This document shows positions 56,271 to 64,000 of a DNA stretch of 64,000 bases, one piece after another; position 1 is the first letter of the stretch; each line of letters opens with the position of its first letter. The notes under the pieces were generated by a model, which was given only the letters and a program-made list of their open reading frames with translations, did no database searches and had not been told where the DNA came from. A program made the position numbers and the translations under genes. This stretch comes from an uncultured virus (IMG/VR IMGVR_UViG_3300021197_001705). Taxonomy: Duplodnaviria; Heunggongvirae; Uroviricota; Caudoviricetes. The stretch lies in IMG/VR virus record IMGVR_UViG_3300021197_001705; one strand, given 5' to 3'.

Positions 56271-59200
56271 ATCATCAAATTCAATTAATTTAATTAACTC
56301 AGTATCAGGTATTTCCTGTTCTATCTCCTCTATGGGAAAAGTATTTTTGGAACCTTCTAGCACACTAACCTGATAAGTCGGACCAGATAAGGAGCCGGGT
56401 ACCGTAGATTCTTTTTCTACCTCGAATGATATTGGCTTGCACTTAAAAGATTTTTCTAAAATTGCCTTATTGTTGTCCTCTGCGTTTGGCAAGCTAAAAG
56501 GCCGGAAATCTTCGTCGGGTATATAGCATAACCTAACACCGTATTTTATACCAACTATGTCCTCATACTCAGCAGGCTTATTTTCTTCAGACTCGGCAAT
56601 CTCTTTTGCCATAAACCAATCTGATATTCTTATATCTGCCGGAATCGAATCTTTGTTGTCATTAAGAAACTTCTTGAAATCAGATATGTTAACTACACCC
56701 TTGAGGTGGTTTGGTCTGTTTTTGATAAAATCTGGGATTGGTTTTGTGCCGCTTTCCTCTGTACGATCGAATAGTCTTATATATTTTTCTAGAAAAAGTG
56801 CTCCGTTTTCTTTCATAAAGTCAAAATCTTCTTGTTTAACTTTGGGCAACTTTCCCTTTGCACTCTCTAGGCTGTGTCTCTCAAGCGGGTTGGAAGACAC
56901 AGAATTTACATCACCATATTTTCTTCTTGTTTCTGGTGGCACTTTGAACTCTTCACTATCTGGTGTAGTCGCCCAGATTCCACTCTCTGGAGCTTTACCT
57001 ACCGCTGCGCCATGCTTCCCTATCAAGGACAGACCCAAATCATTAAAATGTGGCATATTATTCATTTCATGCAATTTGTTTGCCATCGTTGATTGGTATT
57101 CGTTGATTTCGCCAATCACAAGATACTTTAACAAAGTCATGGCAGCTTTGCGGCCACGGTGAAGAGTCCACATTTTAGCGCTAAACCGGGCCTCTTTTAA
57201 GCCGAAAGCAGACCACAAGATACTTCCAAAAGAACTCGTACCAGAAGGCAACTCTCCACGCTCCATAACGCCACCTATCAATGCCCCACCCTTAACAATC
57301 GATTCTGCCAAATAATCATTTGCGAAATTGTTGACCTTTACATCTCCATCGTATGATTTTGCCACAAGTATCAAATCTTTTGGACTCGCAACAACATGTT
57401 GGTTTTGTAGTTCGTTGATAGTATCAAAGGCCTCTTTAATATCTGTTGTCTCTTCTATGGAGCCGTTCTTTACTCTCCTTTGCACAATTTGAGCCGCTTG
57501 CTCCAAGAATAAAAGCCAATACGGGTAAGCCTCATAAGTAGCACGAGAAAAGATGGACTTCTCGCTAGAAAGGCCTCGCTTCATAAGCATGACAATATAC
57601 TCTGGTAGCAATTCATCATAGTTCTCAGCGTTGTTGACCAAAGAAACCAAAGAAATGCTTGACCAGATAGGCATCGTTTTGGCAAAAAAGTCTGCCAGAT
57701 ATACTCTTATGGTGGCTATAACGACCCCTTCTAGTGAAGCAAGAGTGGCAGGAGAAGCTATTTTATCAAATGGGAATTCTCTTACACACTCAGGGGAAAA
57801 TTCCAACTTCTTATGGGGTTTCATACCGGCTCTCGCAGCATCTATAATTTCTTTTATTTGATCCAATTTTAAAAAATGAGACTTTGACAAATCTGGGTTG
57901 CACCCCTCCGAAATATGCGGAACAAAAACCCTCGCAATTTGCATCAAACCTTCGTCTTTAGGGGGTGAAATATAAATACTTGGTGAAGTATAGTCTCCAC
58001 CATATTTAGCAGGGTCTAGGAACTTGACCCTATCGTTTCCAGACTTTGCTCTTCCGAAAACTGCGTCTGTTTCTTCAAAATCGTATTCTGCCCCATCCGG
58101 GGCAACATATTCAAGGTGTTCTGCTTTTATTTCTTGGTTTTTACTACCGTGGAGGAAACCAGATGGGATATTTCCATCAACGCTCATTAGAGAAGCTACA
58201 AATTTTGTATTTACAATGTTCTGCAATTTAGACATCAGGGACCTTGCCTCGGACTCATCAATATCTACATTGTTAAAATCTTTATAGACCCAGTTGTTCA
58301 ACAGGTTCTTCATCACCAAACCTCTGAAATCACTTTTTCCAAGTTGTCCGTTAGAAGGCAACAGTTTATATTTTTGATAGTCTTTATTATCGGGGCCCAA
58401 AGGTTTTTCAACCCTAAACGTACCTAGTATGTTTTCTGGTGATTTTTGTTTGAATTTGTAATCGAACGCACGAGGGTAGACTTCTTGACCAAGGTCGTTT
58501 GTCTCTTTGAATTCGTCCGTCAACGTGATCACACTTTTCCAAGAATAGTCATCAGTAATATCATACTTAATTGGTATTTTGGTCTTAGTGCCTTCTGACT
58601 TAAAGCTGGTTTTCAAAAGGGCTTCTCTGAACTTTATCCCGACTGTCTCGGGGTACTCTTCGTACTTAGGATAAAAACCAAAAGTAACAAAGTTAGATGT
58701 TTTAAAAAAGATATTGTTTCTTGCTATATTGTGGAAATTTAAAGTATACCCCTGTGTATCTGCCAATATGGTGCTTAGAATTCCCGGTGTGTCATTCCAT
58801 GACCTTGGGTCCATTGGCCAGCGCCACAGAATTATATCATCGAAAAAGGCCTTTTCTAGCCTCTTGAACATGCCCTTGGTAGCTTTACCGACAGCATCTT
58901 TGACCTGCTCTATTTTCTCTAATTGCACTGCTGACTTGGAGACGTCACAACCCGGATCAGGATCACTTGCGCCAAGCGCTTCGTTCAAGGCGTTCTCTAG
59001 CATTCCCTCTGGTGATTGTGATAGAATATCTGCTATATCTGCCAAATCCGATTTCCTTCTTTCATCTTGCCTCGCAACAAAATCTTTTGCTATTTGAGGA
59101 TCTAATCCTGCGTTTGTTAATGCGTCTTCTCTATCCTGAGCCCATTGGTCAAGTTCATCGTCTGTCAAACATATACTGTCATCTAGAGGAATTTCCGACT

Positions 59201-62200
59201 CAAAATCTAAAGAATCTCTCAGTTGGACAATCTGGTCTGCTGTTAAAAGGTTTCCTACCTGCGAAAAGAACGTAACGAGCATCTCAGGAGTTCCCATAGT
59301 CAGGGCGTACTCTGGGTGGTTTGCAACTATAAGTGAAGATAAATTTTTCATAAAACCCATATCTTGGTCTTCTGGTAAGGAAGTGATTGCTCTTGCGTAT
59401 TCAGATTTAGTACCGATAACAGACATCGTCTTAGCCAGATCTTTGGCATCTCCGGGTATTTGAGGGACGGCTGTCTTTAAAACCAGCGCAGCGTGATCAT
59501 CACGCTCGTCTTCAGGCTTGTCTTTGCCACAAAAGAAATCGTCTACCGCGTTTCTCCATCCGCTGTCACCAACTATTCCTTTAAAAGCGGCTTGACCTGC
59601 GGCTGCTAAAGTCTGGCATGTTACGTCAAACACAATAGAAGCCAGCTTAAAAATTATAGCAAACATTATCTCGGTTACTACCTGCAAAAGAGCATCTACA
59701 AAAGCATTTTTTAATATATTTAAAAAATTCCAACCGTTAAAGCTTCGCAGTTTTGGAAGCTCACCAAAGGATATCCTTGTTTTGCCGGGGCCACAAGGAT
59801 CAAGAGTCAACGTTCCAAGAAAACTTGACAATGGAGGGTAGATAAAACTTGGCAAGGGGCACTTCAAACCCGCAAGGAAAGAACCAATAAGCTTAACTCC
59901 GGGGAGTTTATTAAGTATACCCATAAGTTGTTGTAATTCCGCAGTCTCCATTATTGCTTCCACATATGCCGATGTTACTGCTGATTGAATATCCCCCAAG
60001 GCTTTACCATAGGTGCCTTGCTCGAAATCAGGATCGTCTGGACTTACACCTTTCATGATTCTGTCGTCGTGCTTGTTCCTCTCTCTTGCAGTTAAAGTCG
60101 TCCTTTCATCTTCCGAGAGATCATTCCAGTTAGCATACGGCCCAGATTCTTCATTTAACGTTGTATCATTGGCTGAATACTTTTTAGCCTGTTCAGCCAT
60201 CGCCAATTGCAACTCAGTTCTCTTCGTAAACCACTCTCCTTGTAATTCTTTTATCTTGTCGTCTACCATTTTCTCTAAATTCATAGCAGTATCATATGAT
60301 TCTGTTCTTTTTTCGTATGCTGTTTTTACGGCTGCGGCTTTTTTTAGAATTCTCTTTTCCAAATACTCGATACCGGGCAACATCTTATTGTAATCTTGTT
60401 CCAATTTGGCCGTTGCCTGTAGTGCTTCGTCTATTTTGTCTTGGAGATCTTTCACCTCCACTTTCTGCCAAGCGGTCATTGTCTTGATACCGCCATGATC
60501 AAACCAGTCTATTTCAAGTTGGTTCATGTAAGCCCTCATTTTAGCTTTTGCCGCTTCCAAATCTTTTTGTTTTTGCTCTTGTTCCTCGCCAACGCTCCTT
60601 AGCTTGCCCTTTAGATTTTCTAACTTCTGTTCATCTTCTTTCAATTCTCGCTCTGTGTTTTGTACACTTGTGTTTGTTTGCTTGTGAGCATCCATAAGTT
60701 CCTTTAGAATATCACCGTATAAACTATCGGTAGATCCCTGTACAACCCCCGACGATTCAAGAACTTGTTTTTCTGTAGAGTTTGGCTTGTTAATAACTAT
60801 TGGGTCTTCGTTAGGGGCCTCACTGTCATTTTCCGCTTTTGCTTTAGCTGTTAAAGCCGAATTTATGCTGGCTCTTGTTTGTGGACCAGCAATCCCATCA
60901 ACCAGTATTTTTGCAGATCTCTGATATGCTTTCAAGGCGTTTCTGGTGTTTTTACCAAAATCCCCATCTGGGACCAATTTGTGTCCTAGTGTTACCAAAG
61001 CTACTTGTAAGGCCGTTACGCTTGCTCCTTTGTCACCCCTTCTCATGTTTTCAACATATGTCAATGGTGGATAAACTGCGGCCACTGGTGGCGGAGGGGG
61101 TCTTAATTTCCCGTCTCGCGTACAGATGTTTGGATTTTCAAGACAAGTGGCTAACTCCTCCACCCTTTTGTTTAGTTCTTTCATTTTCGTTACGGCATCG
61201 CTCTGATTATCCAACATTTCATTTGCTGTTTTTTCTTTTGCAGCTATCCCGTCAGCAGTTCTCTTATCAATAACTTTATCAAAGCTACCGGGCTTATACC
61301 CCTTCTCCCAAGGAGCAGGCATATTCCCGAATTTGTCTTCCACCATGTTCCTTATTTCTTCTTGCTTGTCGTATGGTAAAGCTTCCATAACTTTTTCCAA
61401 AGCATCACTAGCCATTGTTGATAAGGCTTTTTTAGCCATGATCTTCATAGAGGCCTCGAAGGACATACCAGACATCAAACACTGTATAGCTTTTAGTCCA
61501 AGTTGGAAAAAATTACAAGGATTTAGCGCCCCCATAAGTTTTTTCAATTTGTCCTCTGACTTATTTACGTTATCCCAGTTACTTTTTATATCCTTTAGCA
61601 TTTCTTCTAGAATGGATGGTTCACCGATTTTTGCGTATTTGTTGTTATACCACTCATCAATATATTTATCATGAATGCCTCCGGATGAATCAAACAAGTC
61701 GATTTCCGGAAGTTTTTGCCCTAGGGCGCGACATTGGTTTTTGTTAAACTGATAGGCGAACAAATCCGTGAACTCCCCTACAGCATTGTGTACGAAATCA
61801 TCGATTCCATTTAATCCAAGTTTATCCCCTAAGCAATTAACTGCTGTTTGTTCTTTATATTTGTCTTTTGAGCCATAGTTTACTCCCAAATTGGGATAGA
61901 TATACTTTAAACAAAAATCTAGCCATCCGGGCGTTTCTCGGGCGTCCAGATCGCTCCTAATATCTTTTATATTTGCTATTAAGCCCATCAGGGTTTGGTC
62001 TTGTATCAAGCTTTTTTTGAGAAAAGATGACAGACCTTTTCCTAATTTTTTGTAATAACAACCTTCTATTTTCACCCCCACTCTCTTAAGAGTAAAAGGG
62101 CGCTTTTCGTCGCTCTTGTCAAAAACAAATTTTATTCTCCAAGGCATGTCTGAGGTTCTTCTATTAAGAAATGTACTATATGTGAACCCGTTCTGTTTGA

Positions 62201-63173
62201 GAAGTTTTTCTAGCGCATTCTCGAAAAGCTCTAATCTTTTAACATAAAATTTTATATAAAACTTTTTCCCTACTTTCTTTAGCGGGTCACTGGTCTCTGC
62301 TTCGTCTGACTCTTCTGTTGTCTCTGTGTCTTTAAAATATAAAGTCCCATTCTGGTAGCGATAGAAAAATGCTTGGTATTGAGAAAACGATAACAACACC
62401 TCTTTCAACCGAGTAATGTCGGTGTGTAACCTTCTTGGAGAAATGAATAATCTCTCAGCGCTGACATCTACGTCTGGTAAGTCTGGGGCCTCCGGTACTT
62501 GATCAAATATAAATGCAGGTATTGCTATTAATACTTTCATTACGCTTTCACCGTATCCAGTAAAATGGTAGTCTATAGCTCTAGCATATAACTCAATAGC
62601 ATTTATATTTTTTATCTGTGGGTATTTTTGTCTTATCTGTTCGTCGATGTTATATATCTTGTGAACACTGTCGCCTTGCAATGTGGATGGTTTGTTTTTG
62701 ATTTTTATAAATTCAGAATAATCGAAATCTAAGATCTCCCTACACTCTTTATCAAAAGCGTATTTAGAAGATTTTGATTTGACTTTGACCTTGGGCTTGG
62801 ACCCTTCCATGCCTATGGAAACAGATTTTATTCCGCCTTGTTCTGTTGTATAAGACGCACACACTATTTCATCATTTTCTAATTTGTCGAAATATCTTAA
62901 TAATTCCCGAAGGCCGGGTCTTATGTAGGTTTTCAACAACTTTTTAAAAGGCAATCCAGCTTTTTTGACTGAGCTTGTTGTGTGCGAATCCCCACGACTG
63001 TTAACGGTTACCGATACCATATACTCGCAGGTTTTCCTGTTTAAATAAGGGGATTCTGTTGTGTGCCACGTTGGCTCAACAAAGGTCTTGTCTGGTAAAC
63101 AAGTTGGACATGGAGCCTTTGGGTCGGGCTTTGGCAATGGCGCTATTGGCGCACATATGGGAGTTTTTGACAT
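56271..63173 (-). CDS. Giant (>2300 aa) virion-associated protein with peptidoglycan-binding domain and coiled coil; 3' end lost in the gap
   Basis: PG_binding_1-like GDKGASVTALQVAL...DGDFGKNT..ALKAYQ...VDGIAGPQT at about 60860-61046; coiled coil downstream; GAGG RBS. Confidence 0.75.
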
Positions 63174-63182
63174 TTTTTACCT

Positions 63183-64000
63183 CTAAGTTATAAATACGGT
63201 GTTGCTAAGTAGTGGGTTACCACCAGATACTATCAGTTTGTCCAGTGAATTAATCTTGTCGATTTCGTTGTTTAAGGTGCCTATGATTGTATCGAAATAG
63301 TCATTAATGTTTTTGGGGATGTTTTTCATCAAAGCAGGGTTTAGAAACATAACAGCGGAGTTCAATTCCATTAATTGACCTACAATACCAAGAATGACTC
63401 TAAGTACGTTTGTCATCGACTCGTCTTTGGATTCAAGATATCTTTTTAAGTTATCACCCAGAACCGCTGGTTGGAGATCTTCTTCTCTCCCGGCTACCAG
63501 TTCAATGGTTGATTTTGTAATTGGCGTCCCTAACGTAGTCGGTTCGCCGCCAAGACCAAAGCCTTGAAAGTTTTGTGTTCTGGCGGCATAGATCCTTACA
63601 TTCTCACGCCCTACAATGCGAACATGGTCAGCTTTTAATGCAATTGCCGATTTATTTTGAGCAGAGGGGCCTCTGGTTCTGCTTAGTCCAAGGTAGGCAT
63701 CAATGCCACCTTTACCAACACACCTTTGCGACATGTATAACCTAGCAGCATCGGCAGCAAAATTAGCGCTAACTACATTCTTGGGACCGAGGGGGTCTTC
63801 CCCTTTCTTTATTTCCCTCGTAGATGTAACAGCACCAAGGCCAACTACCATATCGATCATCCCACACTGGGTGTATCCTGCTCCGCCAGCGCCCGTTACG
63901 ACTGTCGAAGGCCTGTCGCGACCCAGCACAATCCAAGAATTGTTTCTACCTTTTATAACCTTTTCGCAACCTGCTTTGTATCGATTTGGTACTTTCTCTT
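63183..64000 (-). CDS. Baseplate hub/spike-like protein (gp5-like), start outside the window
   Basis: Frame stays open upstream of 63929 (EKVPNRYKAGCEKVIKGRNNSWIVLGRDRP); AIALKADHVRIVGR beta-helix and PAVLGDNL spike-type motif; upstream of gp25/gp6. Confidence 0.6.
   Translation of the reverse strand, partial: EKVPNRYKAGCEKVIKGRNNSWIVLGRDRPSTVVTGAGGAGYTQCGMIDMVVGLGAVTSTREIKKGEDPLGPKNVVSANFAADAARLYMSQRCVGKGGIDAYLGLSRTRGPSAQNKSAIALKADHVRIVGRENVRIYAARTQNFQGFGLGGEPTTLGTPITKSTIELVAGREEDLQPAVLGDNLKRYLESKDESMTNVLRVILGIVGQLMELNSAVMFLNPALMKNIPKNINDYFDTIIGTLNNEIDKINSLDKLIVSGGNPLLSNTVFIT

Noticed and set aside
214..61674. Many plus-strand and nested ORFs in the track (e.g. 214-516, 7398-7829, 21397-22005, 56557-57162)
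   Set aside because: Antisense or alternate-frame shadows of well-supported minus-strand genes; no recognisable motifs
1..64000. Genome-wide stop-codon reassignment
   Set aside because: Standard code gives near-complete coding density, and TAA, TAG and TGA all end intact genes
1..64000. tRNAs, introns, inteins, homing endonucleases, IS elements
   Set aside because: Intergenic gaps are short with no cloverleaf seen; terminase, portal and primase look uninterrupted; no such motifs recognised by eye

Overview
64 kb of a large T4-like contractile-tailed (myovirus) phage genome, probably a jumbo/huge phage. It is AT-rich, uses the standard code, carries every credible gene on the minus strand, and has one 100-N assembly gap at 56171-56270. 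In transcription order (right to left): a baseplate/tail block (gp5-like hub, a >2300-aa protein with a peptidoglycan-binding insert, gp25, gp6, a 2422-aa LamG protein, tail-collar-like paralogs); an island of sigma70-promoted and accessory genes (RuvC-like resolvase, ClpS, an ADP-ribosyltransferase-like protein, Cys/Lys-rich proteins, class II aldolase, DenV-like glycosylase, three MKIGD paralogs, primase, stand-alone Smr, single-chain Mre11-Rad50); a probable lysis/membrane cassette; the head module (terminase, portal, prohead protease, ribosomal protein bS21); six fibre/decoration paralogs; and the start of a probable scaffold gene. Most notable: (1) an R-S-ExE ADP-ribosyltransferase-like domain in what looks like a capsid-packaged protein; (2) a MYXO-CTERM/GC-trans-RRR-type surface protein bounded by an 18-bp direct repeat inside the lysis-like cassette, which together with GGAG Shine-Dalgarno use and TTGACA promoters points to a non-Bacteroidota (Myxococcota-like) host for a bS21 phage; (3) a recurrent CTATTTA late-promoter-like motif that is the reverse complement of the T4 late box; (4) an unannotated CCSGS-UGA peptide followed by a hairpin; (5) a metallothionein-like tail on the holin-like protein. 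All family calls come from motif recognition by eye, with no database searches.
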